A stretch of 64,000 nt of DNA, from NCBI RefSeq assembly GCF_006345805.1, contig NC_042997.1:192262001-192326000 (forward strand). Reading direction: 5' to 3'. This stretch comes from Octopus sinensis. Taxonomy: Eukaryota. Position numbers and translations under genes: made by a program. Below are positions 51,301-64,000 of this stretch, piece by piece. How positions within the stretch are numbered: position 1 is the stretch's first letter; the number at the start of each line of letters is the position of its first letter. Under the pieces are notes generated by a model. That model was given only the letters and a program-made list of their open reading frames with translations, made no database searches and had not been told where the DNA came from.

Positions 51301-51521
51301 CAACTGAAAAATAGGATAAAATCTTTATAAGAATTTATCAAGTAGTTAGTGTGAAAAACCCCATAAAGGAAAAATCCATCCATTATTTCTCTTAAATATA
51401 TTATTTATATTAAGGGCATTACTATACACAAATGCCTCACGCTAGGAGGGTCTCTTAAAGTCAACTTTAAGAGTCCCTTCTAGCATGAGGCATTTATGTA
51501 TAGTAATGCCCTTAATATAAA
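51301..51521 (-). mobile_element. Palindromic footprint (arms 51404-51461/51464-51521, loop CA) with ~100-nt tail on the left
   Basis: tttatattaagggcattactatacacaaatgcctcacgctag...cttaaagt CA actttaag...ctagcatgaggcatttatgtatagtaatgcccttaatataaa. Confidence 0.8.
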
Positions 51522-51928
51522 TATATATATACACACACACATGTATGCGTGTGTATGTATATGTATATACATATATATACAGATTATATCATACACACAA
51601 CACACTCACACAAACATATCATTGCTATTATGTTAAACTGTTGTATGTCCAAATTTGGCCAAATGCGTTTTTTTCAGTATGCATTTCTGCTTACCATAGC
51701 TGGTTTTTTTGGTCAAACTATCGTATCTCCAGCTGCTTCAGATGCCAAGATATCAAAAATTGTCAAAGTGTAGTACAATGGTTTTGCTATAAAATGGTGA
51801 AACTATTTTAGTTTTCTGATGAAATAGCAATATTTTGGACTTATGACATTTTGCATAACAGCAATGATATATATATATATATTACACACACACACACATA
51901 TATATAAAGATATATATATACATATAAA

Positions 51929-51963
<35 letters not shown>

Positions 51964-52278
51964 ATATATATATATATATATGTATATATATTTATGTCTG
52001 TATATGTGCGAGTGTAATATATATATATATATATATATCTATATAATACACACACATATATATATATAAAGATATATATATATATACATACACACATATA
52101 TATATATATAAAGATATATATATAACATACATATACCACATATATCTATATATAAAAGATATATATATATATACATACACACATATATATATATATAAAG
52201 ATATATATATATATACATACATATACACACATATATATATATAAAGATATATATATATACATACATATATAACATACA

Positions 52279-52311
<33 letters not shown>

Positions 52312-53406
52312 ATAAAGATATATATATATATATATACATACATATATATACATATATATATATAGATTAAAGATAGATAGATAGACTGATATTATAGATA
52401 TATAGTTCGATACATACATACACACATATATGCTTACATAAATTTGTATATGTATTATGTATGTATGCATGTATATCTGTGTGTGAGTTGGTGGGGGATG
52501 CTGCAAAGTTCCTGGCTTTAAGGGTATCGTAAAAAGTCTGGTTGGAGGCCCAACCTTCTGAGTTCTTTTAGTAAAATGGAAGGACCACTGCAATAAGTGT
52601 GTGACTCTGAGTGGGGAATATATTGAATAGAATCATAATCGACTGATCTTACTGTATTTTCTTTTACCCAAAGCTAGAAACTTTCCAGCTTCGCACCCCC
52701 ATATATATGTGTGTGTGTATATATATGTAAATCAACCAGAGGCCTCAAAAAGACATTTTAAGATCCATAAAGATCAGAACTTATCTGCAGCTCTTGGTGG
52801 TCCAAATTGGATATGCAATCTACGTGGGTGCCTTTTCAGAACATTGTCTGGTTTAAAAAGCCACATCAGATGCCATGATGTTTCTAAGGTGTATGTACAG
52901 GAGGTGGTCAGACTCTGCATAAGGAGCAGACAACCATCATATATATATATATATCAATATAAAATTGAATAAGGATAGAAATTGATATTAATCAATTAAA
53001 ACCAGTGGCCTAGCATATTAAAAAAATCTGAAGATTAAAATATTATTTACATACAAAATTTAAAGGATTGACCACTAAAAGTGGACAGTCAGTATGCTAG
53101 ATATAGACGTCAAAATCGCTATTTTCCATGAAGAATGTGTTCTCAAGAAAAAACTCAGCAAAAAACCAATAAGCAAGACAAATGAAAATATACGAAATCA
53201 ATATATATATATATATGGCATTCGCCATGACAGATCACTAGCCACTACCCATTCTTTATTTTCTCTCCTTGTTTCTTTCTGTGTTCCTTTCTGTGGAAGA
53301 GCATAGACTTGGAACGTTAAGGATTTTTCACTTCCTGAGCATTAAACTAATACATCTGTTTGTTGTCTATACCACCTGTCTTTGTCTTTTGTTTTTTGTG
53401 AATTCT

Positions 53407-53483
<77 letters not shown>

Positions 53484-53576
53484 AAATATTATTAGAGACA
53501 AAACCACTATTTTGCAAACAAACAAGGAAAGACATAATCACTACATAAAATTTTAATAAATAGTCACAAAAAACCG

Positions 53577-53619
53577 CCACTACAATTGTTTCTTGTCTTG
53601 ATCGACAATCTTCAGGTGG
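53577..53619 (-). ncRNA. Minimal type I hammerhead ribozyme (left-arm mirror copy)
   Basis: Exact reverse complement of 57167-57209. Confidence 0.75.
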
Positions 53620-56600
53620 ACTTCCAATCTAAAATATCAATATTTAAATATAAAAAATATATTTTAAATAATTAAAGTATGAATGAAAAAATGTAAATAT
53701 ATAATCCATATATAACCTATATATAATCCATATATAATCAATATATAAACAATATATAAACTAAAATAAACCTATCAACAATTAAATATAAAATATAAAA
53801 TATAAAATATAAAACAAAACAAAAAAATAATAATAATATAATAATAAACTATATATACACCCATAATATATACCTAATTATATATAACCATATCTAACTA
53901 CATACACTAAATCACACACCTATATATATATCCCTATACATACACATAAAAACGTCTAGGCAACTATAAATAAATAAATAGCTAAATACTTCAACACAAT
54001 ACTTATTCATACTCCCCCACACACACACATACAACCCACATTCACGCTCTAGAAAACGGACATCACTTAAAATTATGAACGGAGAAATGGAATTAAAAAT
54101 TATATTCACTGGTAAAACTAAACTACTTAAAAATTATGAATGAAACAATGCATAAAACAACAGACATCGCAAATAGATACAATTACTACGAATTCCTTAA
54201 CAAACCTACCATGATAAACAAAACTCATAAAAACATAATGATAAAATCTCCCTACTAAAACTCTATAACATACCTATATAGCAATCCCCCTAACCTAAAC
54301 ATTCACACACAAATACACACACGTAAACCACACACCCACGACATATACAAATACCCACACCACTTACACATACCTATACATACATATAAACCTCAACATA
54401 TACTCCAAAAACCCACTCAACCCCACACAGACAATAAACACAAAAATTATGAATGGATTCTTTTATAAAACTACCATGATAAGCTAAAACTCACAAAACA
54501 TAAATGATAAAAACCTCCCTTTACTAAACACTATAACATACTTATATAGGAATCCCTTTAACCTATACATTCACACACAAATACACACACGTAAACCACA
54601 CACCCATAACAAATACAAACACCCACCCCACTCACACGCACCCACAAGTACATATACGCCTCAACATATACACCAAACAAAATTACTTTATCAAGGAACT
54701 TAACATGTATAAAAAGTATAACCGCTCTGGAAACGAACATCTTTTAAAATAATGAATGGAGAAATGGAATAAATGGAATTAAAAATAATATTCACGTGGC
54801 AAACGAACACCACTCAAAAATTATGAATGAAACAATGTAATAAAACAACCAACATCGAAAATAGACAAATTACCACGAATTCCCTAAAAAAAACCATGAT
54901 AAACCAAAAACTCTTAAAAAACATTAACGATAAAATCTCCCTTTGCTAAACTCTATAACAAACCTATATAGCAATCCCCTAACCTAAACATTCACACACA
55001 AAAAACACACACGAAACCACAGACCACGACTTATACACGTACCTATACTAACTTATAAACCTCAATATACACCAAAAACCACTCCCTCCCCACACAGACA
55101 AATTAACACATACCCCAAAACCTAAATAACAACCCATATACACATTCACACACAAACACACACACACACGCAAAACACACACACACAACAGATACATATA
55201 CTCCCCTCACATATACGCATATACATACTCACTAAACTCGATATACAACAATATTTACACACCCACACTCATACAGATAAATAAATTATACAACTAAAAA
55301 CTCACACACAATCTCACATACATAAACACTCCAATAAAAAACAACATTAAATACATCGTAATTAACCAGAATATCAAAAATAACAATATTTTTGATATTC
55401 TGGTTAATTACGATGTATTTAATGTTGTTTTTTATTGGAGTGTTTATGTATGTGAGATTGTGTGTGAGTTTTTAGTTGTATAATTTATTTATCTGTATGA
55501 GTGTGGGTGTTGTAAATATTGTTGTATATATCGAGTTTAGTGAGTATGTATATGCGTATATGTGAGGGAGTATATGTATCTGTGTGGTGTGTGTGTTTTG
55601 CGTGTGTGTGTGTTGTGTGTGAATGTGTATATGGGTTTGTTATTTAGGTTTTGGGATGTATGTGTTAATTTGTCTGTGTTGGGAGGGAGTGAGTTTTTGG
55701 TGTATATTGAGGTTTATAAGTTAGTATAGGTACGTGTATAAGTCGTGGGTCTGTGGTTTACGTGTGTGTTTTTTGTGTGTGAATGTTTAGGTTAGGGGGA
55801 TTGCTATATAGGTTTGTTATAGAGTTTAGCAAAGGGAGATTTTATCGTTATATGTTTTTAAGAGTTTTGGTTTATCATGGTTTTTTTTAGGGAATTCGTG
55901 GTAATTTGTCTATTTTCGATGTTGGTTGTTTTATTACATTGTTTCATTCATAATTTTTGAGTGGTGTTCGTTTTGCCACGTGAATATTATTTTAATTCCA
56001 TTTATTCCATTTCTCCATTCATTATTTTAAAAGATGTTCGTTTCCAGAGCGGTTATACTTTTTATACATATGTTAAGTTCCTTGGTAAAGTAATTTTGTT
56101 TGGTGTATATGTTGAGGCGTATATGTACTTGTGGGTGTGTGTGAGTGGGGTGGGTGTTTGTATTTGTTATGGGTGTGTGGTTTACGTGTGTGTATTTGTG
56201 TGTGAATGTATAGGTTAAAGGGATTCCTATATAAGTATGTTATAGTGTTTAGTAAAGGGAGGTTTTATCATTTATGTTTTGTGAGTTTAGCTTATCATGG
56301 TAGTTTTATAAAAGAATCCATTCATAATTTTTGTGTTTATTTGTCTGTGTGGGGTTGAGTGGGTTTTTGGAGTATATGTTGAGGTTATATGTATGTATAG
56401 GTATGTGTAAGTGGTGTGGGTATTGTATATGTCGTGGGTGTGTGGTTACGTGTGTGTATTTGTGTGTGAATGTTTAGGTTAGGGGATTGCTATATAGGTA
56501 TGTTATAGAGTTTGTAAAGGGAGATTTTATCATTATATGTTTTTATGAGTTTTGGTTTATCATGGTAGGGTTGAAGGAATTGAGTAATTTGTGTCTATTT

Positions 56601-57166
56601 GCGATGTCTGGTGTTTTATTGCATTGTTTCATTCATAATTTTTAAGTAGTGTTAGTTTTACCAAGTGAATATAATTTTTAATTCCATTTCTCCGTTCATA
56701 ATTTAGTGATGTCCGTTTTCTAGAGCGTGAATGTGGGTTGTAGTGTGTGTGTGTGGGGGGAGTATGAATAAGTATTGTTGTTGAAGTATTTAGCTATTTT
56801 ATTTATTTATAGTTGCCTAGACGTTTTTATGTGTATGTATAGGGATATATATATAGGTGTGTGATTTAGTGTATGTAGTTAGATATGGTTATATATAATT
56901 AGGTATATGTGTATGGGTTGTATATTATAGTTTATTATTATATTATTATTATTTTTTTGTTTTGTTTTATATTTTATATTTTATATTTTATATTTTATAT
57001 TAATTGTTGATAGGTTTATTTTAGTTTATATATTGTTTATATATGATTATATATGGATTATATATAGGTTATATATGGATTATATATTACATTTTTTCAT
57101 TCATACTTTAATTATTTTAAAATTATTATTTTTATATTTTAAAATATTGATATTTAGATTGGAAGT

Positions 57167-57209
57167 CCACCTGAAGATTGTCGATCAAGACAAGAAACAA
57201 TTGTAGTGG
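57167..57209 (+). ncRNA. Minimal type I hammerhead ribozyme, intact core
   Basis: CCAC-CTGAAGA-TTGTC GATCAA GACAA-GAAA-CAATTG-TA-GTGG: stem I 4 bp, stem II 5 bp, palindromic stem III, GUA triplet, predicted cut after 57205. Confidence 0.8.
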
Positions 57210-57402
57210 CGGTTTTTTTTGACTATTTATTAAAATTTTATGTAGTGATTAAGTCTTCCTTGTTTGTTTTGCAAAATAGTGGTTTTGTCTCTAATAATAT
57301 TTTATAATATTTTACTATACAATTGGATTTAATCCTAAATCTGATTTTTCCCTGTAAATTTGGATTTATTTCCTAATATTTATTATATATATATATATTA
57401 TA

Positions 57403-57454
<52 letters not shown>

Positions 57455-57809
57455 TTGAGTAGTTGAATGAATTATCTTATTAAGGATATCAAATTAACCG
57501 ATACCTGGGTAGCAAATTCACATCAGAAAAAACACGGTTGAAGTTACGTGCCTAGGGCATAGATTACGTGCTTTCGTGTGGAAATTTGTATGTTTATTCC
57601 TTCGCAATTAGGAATATGCAGCCTTCGAAACACATGTTGAAAATAAAGGAATTTTGTTAATTTGTCGTTCAGCTCCATTCTTTCATATATTTACAATTTT
57701 ATGTATGTATATATATATATATTTTTTTTTTAGAATAAATTTTGACTGGCCACCTATTTGGTAGCAAGGTTGTGAAGGAAATTGTCTTGTTTTGTTCACC
57801 ATTCTTTAA

Positions 57810-58029
57810 CACCTTTCAGACCAACCTGACCGAAACTGTCTGACTCTGTAATACAAATGTCTTGTTTTCAAAAGTTCTGAATTAAAATCCTCCCCCAAAC
57901 CTTAGTCACAATTTATGTTCCTAACACTAGCTTAATGATAACAAATTTATTTTACTAAATTCTTTGTTATATTTAAAATTAATTGAAAGAAACACTGAGC
58001 ATCTCAAAATAAATATGGTAACAAAAAGG
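57810..58029. mobile_element. piggyBac-like MITE, second copy
   Basis: ttaa|cacctttc ... ggtaacaaaaagg|ttaa; collinear with 43511-43728. Confidence 0.65.
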
Positions 58030-59890
58030 TTAAATCTTAAGTAGGTCTTACAGATTTTTATAGTCCCGTATATCATTATCTGTCTTTCTGTCTGTCTGTT
58101 AATACACCTACTTACATATATGCATACATAAATACACCCACACACATATCACATGTTCCACATGATTGATAGAAGCGATGAGAGTGGCAATTATGACAAT
58201 GATAAAGAGGAAATGCTATAGCATGTCACACTCTGTTGTCTTTGGCTGAAAAAAAATCTGAATGATAAAAAGAATTCCATTTATTACTATGTTACATATT
58301 TTTTAAAATCCTAAGCATAGTGTTTACAGGACTACATTCTTGACTACCTTTTCTTTTGTTTTTTAACATTGGGATAGGATTTGAGAGAAATATGACTGCT
58401 ACTTCTTGCAAGTCGAATGACCATATAGAGAGACTCCCTCATTGGCTCACACTATTTCAACATTAAGCTATTCTATTTCATACTATAGCTATAATTGTTT
58501 TGTCTTTGCTAAACACAGCTAGTGCCAATATTTTCAATGTAGTGATGTATACTCTGTGTAGTCTAGTTTTCAGCAGCTGCATGTTATGTCTCTGTTGGCT
58601 GTAAGGAAGGATAACCAGCAGTAAAATACTGTTTCAAAATATCCTATTCAACCCATGCCAGCATGGAGAAGCATATCCACATCATTCTTCCACTCTGTAT
58701 ATTATGCACTTAAGCAAGGTCGTTGCCAGTGGCAAAAAAACATTCGAGTGAGGACGTTGCCAGTGCCGCTGGACTGACTCCTGTGCTGGTGGCACATAAA
58801 AAGCACCATTTGAGCGTGGTCGTTGCCAGTACCGCCTGACTGGCCCTTGTGCCAGTGGCACGTAAAAGCACTCACTACACTCTTGGAGTGGTTGGCAATA
58901 GGAAGGGCATCCAGCTGTAGAAACTCTGCCAGATCAGATTGGAGCTTGGTGCAGCCATCTGGTTTGCCAGACCTCAGTCAAATCGTCCAACCCATGCTAG
59001 CATGGAAAGCAGACATTAAACGACGACACATATACATATCATCTTCATCATCATCATTTAACGTTCATCTTCCATGCATGCATGGGTAGGGCTGTTCACA
59101 GGAGTTGGCTGGGTAAAAAAAACTACCTTGTGCTACTGTGTCTGTTTTGGCAGGGTTTTTACAGCTGGATGATCTTCCTAACACCAACCACTCTGCAAAC
59201 CCATGTAAAATGAAACTCCAGCAACTATTCTGCTTATATATCTGTGCACACCTTTCAATGCCATCATCATCATTATCCTTTAATGTTCGCTTTCCATGCT
59301 GGCATGGGTTGGATGATTTGACTGATGACTGGCGAACCAGATGTCTGCACCAGCCTCCAATCTGATCTGGCAGAGTTTCCTGTATGTCATAAGGTTTGCA
59401 ATTCTAACAGAGACATTGAAAGTCATTTTAATATCCACAAAGATCAGAACTTACTAGTAGCTCTTGGTGGTCCAAATCAGATATGCAATCTATGTGAGTA
59501 TCTTTACAATATATTGTCTGGTTTAAAAAGCCACATCTGATGCCATGATGGATCTAAGGTGTAGGGACAAGAGGTGGTCAGACTCGCATAAGGAGTAGAC
59601 AACCACTGTATATATTATATACAGTTGTGGCCAAAAGTTCTGTAGAGGAATCTGCATCGCTACTGACATCTAGTGGGGGTAAAGAGGGGATGAGAAGAAT
59701 ATCCATACATAAAGTACAGACGTGGCTGTGTGGTATGAAGCTCGTTTCCCAACCACATGGTCCAGGGTTCAGTTTCACTGCATGGCACCTTGGGCAAGTG
59801 TCTTTTACTATTGCCTGAGACCAGCCAAAGCTTTGTAAGTGGATTTGGTAGACAGAAGAAAACAGCCGTATGTATGTTTATATATATATA

Positions 59891-60270
59891 CTAGCAGTAT
59901 CGCTCGGCGTTGCTCGGGTTTGTAAAGGAAATAACTATATAAGCATTTTTAGAGATGTAAAGTATAATAGCCATCTCAATATGGCTAACCACAAAGGGGG
60001 GGGTGTTACTTTTTACGATCTGAGATTTAATAATAAATTTTTAGAGAGTTACTTCCCTTATATATGCCAAAAATGCATTAAAAATGGGAAAAATTGATGG
60101 TAAATTTTTTTTTAAATCGTAGACTCATGCTAATACCCAGAAGGGCTCAATATGAATCACGACTATAAGATACCCGGTTTTGGTTAAACTGCACCGCAAA
60201 ATGTGGGAGTAGTTAGGAATCTAAATCGTAGGAGACAGACAGCACACAACCTCACTTTTATATATAAAGA
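59891..60270 (-). mobile_element. Non-autonomous Helitron nested inside a SINE A copy
   Basis: a|CTAGcagtatcgctcggcgttgctcggg ... tatataaaGA|t; SINE A head at ~59700-59870 and 3' module at ~60300-60545. Confidence 0.75.
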
Positions 60271-60667
60271 TATATGCGTGTATGCGTGTGTGTGTGGTGT
60301 GTGTGTGTGGGCATGCCTGTGTCTGTTTTTGTGATACACACACACACACACACCCACTAGCACCACCACTTGACAACTGGTACTGGTGTGTTTACGTCCA
60401 TGTAACTTAGCAGTTTGGAAAAAGAGATCAATAGAATAAGTACCATGCTTTTAAAAAATAAGTACTGGGGTTGATATATTTAATGAAAAAATTTTCAAGG
60501 TTGTGCTCCAGCATGGCTGCAGTCCAATAACTAATGCAAGTAAAAGATAGGTATGTGTGTATATGTGTGTGTGCATGTGTGTGTGTGTGTGTGCATGTGT
60601 GTATGTGTGTATGTGCATGTGTGTGTGTATTTTTGGAAGAGAGATCATATTTCCCTTTGTCTTCCCC

Positions 60668-60887
60668 TCTTTTACGCTTTAACTCTTTTACTTGTTTCAG
60701 CAATTTGACTGTGGCCATGCTGGAGCACCGTCTTTAGTTGAGCAAATTGACTCCAGGAATTATTCTTTGAAAGCCTAGTACCTATTCTATCGGTTCCTTT
60801 TGCTGAACTGCTAAGTTACGGGGATGTAAATACACCAGCATCGGTTGTCAAGCGATGTTGGGGGAACAAACACTGACATACAATCAT

Positions 60888-60969
<82 letters not shown>

Positions 60970-60970
60970 G

Positions 60971-61023
<53 letters not shown>

Positions 61024-61059
61024 GTATATATATATAGATATATATATATATATATGTAT

Positions 61060-61091
<32 letters not shown>

Positions 61092-61256
61092 TATGATGGG
61101 CTTCTTTCAGTTTCCGTTTATCAAATCCACTCACAAGGTTTTGGTCGGCCCGAGGCTATAGTAGAAGACACTTGCCCAAGGTGCCACGCAGTGGGACTGA
61201 ACCAGGAACCATATGGTTGGTAAGCAAGCTACTTGCCACACAGCCGCTCCTATGCC
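60668..61256 (-). mobile_element. Full SINE family A
   Basis: 3' module, (TA)n and head. Confidence 0.85.
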
Positions 61257-61469
61257 CGTGTTCATTAGTTGTAAATGACGGCCTCACAGTTCATGCAGAT
61301 AATGTCGTTTGCTTGCAGTTCTCTGTGAAAGCATGTCTAGGCTTCTTGGACAAATCTTAAACATGTTGGAAGATCTTTGTAAACGAATTAATTATTCAAC
61401 TGCCGATGCTCGTTTACTGTTCTCCATGTAAGCATGCCTGGATTGTGTGTTGCATGATAAACTGGAAGA

Positions 61470-61905
61470 TTCACCACCACCACCACCAGTACCATCGCCA
61501 CCGTCACCACTGCTGCCACTGCCACCAACGCCACAACCACCACCGTCACCACCACTGACACCACCACCACCACACCACCACCACCACACCACCACCACCA
61601 CACCACCACCACCACACCACTGCCGCCACCACCGTCACCACTGCTGCCACTGCCACCGCCACCACCAATGCCACCAACGCCACAACCACCGCCGTCACCA
61701 CCGCCAACACCACCACCACCACCACCACCACTGCCACCGTCACCACAGCCACCACTAATGCCACCAACGCCATAACCACCACCGTCAGCACCGCCACCAC
61801 CACCACTGACACCATCACCACCACCGACACCACCACGACCACGACCACCACTACCACCAACACCGACACCACCACCACTACCGTCATCGTCATCATCATC
61901 GTCGT
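61470..61905. repeat. (CAC/ACC)n-rich compound trinucleotide array
   Basis: Direct reading. Confidence 0.9.
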
Positions 61906-62879
61906 CATTTAACGTCCACCTTCCATGCTAGCATGGGTGGGGCAGTTTCACAAGAGAGAGCCGGCCAGGCAGAAGTCTGCAACACACTTCTGTGACTGTT
62001 TTGGCAGGATTCTTTGCAGCTGGATGTCCACCCTAGGAAAGAAACTGGAGTTGGTATCACGAAGGACATCCAGATGTAGAAACTCTGTCCTCATGTACTC
62101 TTGTCTGACCCATGTAAGTGTAGAAATGTAAGCTTTAAAACAATGATTACTATGATAATATATATATGTGTATGTATGTATATGTCCATGTATGTATATT
62201 TGCACGTCTGTCTGTATGTGCATATGTGTATAGGTGTGCCTGTGAGTATGTGTGTCAGAATATGTGTGTGTGGTAGAATGTTCGTGAGAGCATGTGTGTG
62301 TGAGTGTATGTGCATGTGTGTGTATGTGTGCATGTTCGTGCACATGTTCGTGTGCAAGCAATAAGAACTGAACCAATTATCATTGCTTGAATCATATTTA
62401 GATAATGAACGAAGAGGAAAGAAATTATGTAGAGGCTCCCTTGATGATAAAATTGTGAATGATAAAGTTGGTGTTGGTGAAGACATTATTGAAGAGTTCC
62501 TCTACAAGGGAAATAAGACACTAACCTCTAATGTTTCAGTGGTCCATTTTGTTTCGTTTTCACTTATTAAAACAAAACAATGAAAATGGGAACAATTTAA
62601 CATTTATAGTTGCTAATATATAGAGTCTGGTAAGGTGGTGAGCTGGCAGAAATGTTAGTACACTGGGCAAAATGCTTAGCAGTATTTCATCTGTCTACGT
62701 TCTGAGTTCAAACTCTGCTGAGGTCGACTTTGCTTTTCATCCTTGCATACTGGGTTGATCTAATCGACTGGCCCCCCCACCTCCCCCAAAATTTCAGGCC
62801 TTGTGCCTAGAGTAGAAAAGTATATGTAGAGTCTGGTGACATTGTTCATTGATAAATTGATGTCTTGAGTTCAAATCTT

Positions 62880-63292
62880 CTTTACTGCCCACAAGGGGCT
62901 ACACACAGAGGGGACAAACATGAACAGACAAAGGGATTAAGTCGATTATATCGACCCCAGTGCGTGACTGGTACTTATTTAATCGACCCAGAAAGGATGA
63001 AAGGCAAAGTCGACCTTGGTGGAATTTGAACTCAGAACATAGCGGCAGACAAAATACCTATTTCTTTATTACCTACAAGGGGCTAAACACAGAAGAGACA
63101 AACAAGGACAGACAAATGGATTAAGTCGATTACATCGACCCCAGTGCATAACTGGTATTTAATTTATTGACCCCGAAAGGATGAAAGGCAAAGTCAACCT
63201 CGGCAGAATTTGAACTCAGAACGTAGCAGCAGACGAAATACCGCTTAACATTTCGCTCGGTGTGCTAACGTTTCTGCCAGCTCACCACCCTA
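62880..63292 (-). mobile_element. Dimeric SINE B (one head, two bodies) inside a single 17-bp TSD
   Basis: TSD tcttgagttcaaatctt at 62863-62879 and 63293-63309. Confidence 0.85.
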
Positions 63293-64000
63293 TCTTGAGT
63301 TCAAATCTTGCCAAAGGCATTGTATTATGCTTTTAATCCTTTTGATATCAATCTGACTGAGACTAACCCACACTTGGTTCTATGATACAAACTTTTTGTT
63401 TTAAAATTATCTAAATTAAAATCATTCATCAAAATTTCATGCTAATTTACATTCCAGTCACCAGCTCGATAATCGTATAAGTTCAGCAATTTTTGTGGTG
63501 GGTGGTTTCTTTGATTACATTGAGCCAAGTACTTGACTGGTACTTCATTTTTATCAACCCCAGAGGAATGAAAAGCAAAGATGATCTAGGTGGGACTTGA
63601 ACACAGAATGTAATGGGTTGGAAGAAATTCCACAAAGCATTTTGATCAATGCACTAATGATTCTGCCAAGCTCATGGCCAAGATTAATAATGACAAAGTC
63701 AAGACTATTGAAAAGGTTGCAAGACACAACGAAAATTTTAGGAAAATAAATAGACGAAATAAGTGGAAATTTTACCGGTGAGTGTGTTAAATGATAAGGT
63801 ACTAAAAGAGAATGACTCTCCCCAGACACAACAGAATAACAAAGTGTTTAACTAAATTCTATTACTATTTTTAAAATTAATCGAATCAAAGGCAGAAAAT
63901 GTTAATCGCAGAACAATATATTCCTTCCTTGTGCCATTGTTGTTGTTCTTCTTGTTGTTTAGACTTCAGATCAGCCTTGATCGTGTAGATCTATGATCAA

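Larger units (their letters stand above)
53480..57379. mobile_element. ~3.8-kb foldback element (arms 53480-55382 and 55387-57306, loop ACAA) with a 3' tail on the right arm and terminal hammerheads; putative non-autonomous PLE-dependent retroelement
   Basis: Centre atatcaaaaata ACAA tatttttgatat; arms reverse-complementary out to tataaaatattattagag / ctctaataatattttata; tail 57307-57379 present only on the right; flanked by (TA)n. Confidence 0.75.

Noticed and set aside
53700-55380. Mitochondrial insertion (NUMT) suggested by A/C-rich, G-poor skew
   Set aside because: No tRNA, rRNA or mitochondrial protein motif recognised; termini match nuclear repeats in this window and carry a hammerhead. 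A BLAST against the mitogenome would settle it.
55387-57160. Bisulfite-like or deaminase-hypermutated sequence
   Set aside because: Remaining cytosines are frequently outside CpG (tct, gct, tca, gcc), so the skew is not a clean C-to-T conversion pattern.
59619-59720. Tc1-like terminal repeat (TA-cagttgtggccaaaagt)
   Set aside because: Only one end found, no partner TIR or transposase.
61388-61908. Pro/His- or Val-rich ORFs
   Set aside because: (CAC)n compound repeat translated in several frames.
62383-62583. 66-aa ORF in unique sequence
   Set aside because: Short, no recognisable domain, no supporting neighbouring exons.

Overview
AT-rich, repeat-saturated animal nuclear DNA. The SINE/LINE/microsatellite repertoire looks like a coleoid cephalopod (Octopus-like); this is an inference from recognition, not a search. 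No intact host gene or convincing host exon was found, and nearly all long ORFs in the track are microsatellite read-throughs. Recognisable content: many tRNA-derived SINEs of about four families, RTE and CR1-like LINE 3' fragments, an R4/Dong-type RLE retroelement in (TAA)n, mariner and piggyBac-like MITEs, two non-autonomous Helitrons, and several decayed Penelope-like elements (PLEs; RT plus GIY-YIG). The most striking signal is a PLE/hammerhead layer. A ~3.8-kb foldback (53480-57306, 4-nt loop) has a non-coding, strand-skewed, internally repetitive body and an intact minimal type I hammerhead ribozyme near each end. At least seven short palindromic insertions share its asymmetric arm-plus-tail architecture, and several other hammerhead folds (one fully canonical at 45015-45110) belong to different repeat families. 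The large foldback could in part be a long-read fold-back artefact and needs read-level checking.
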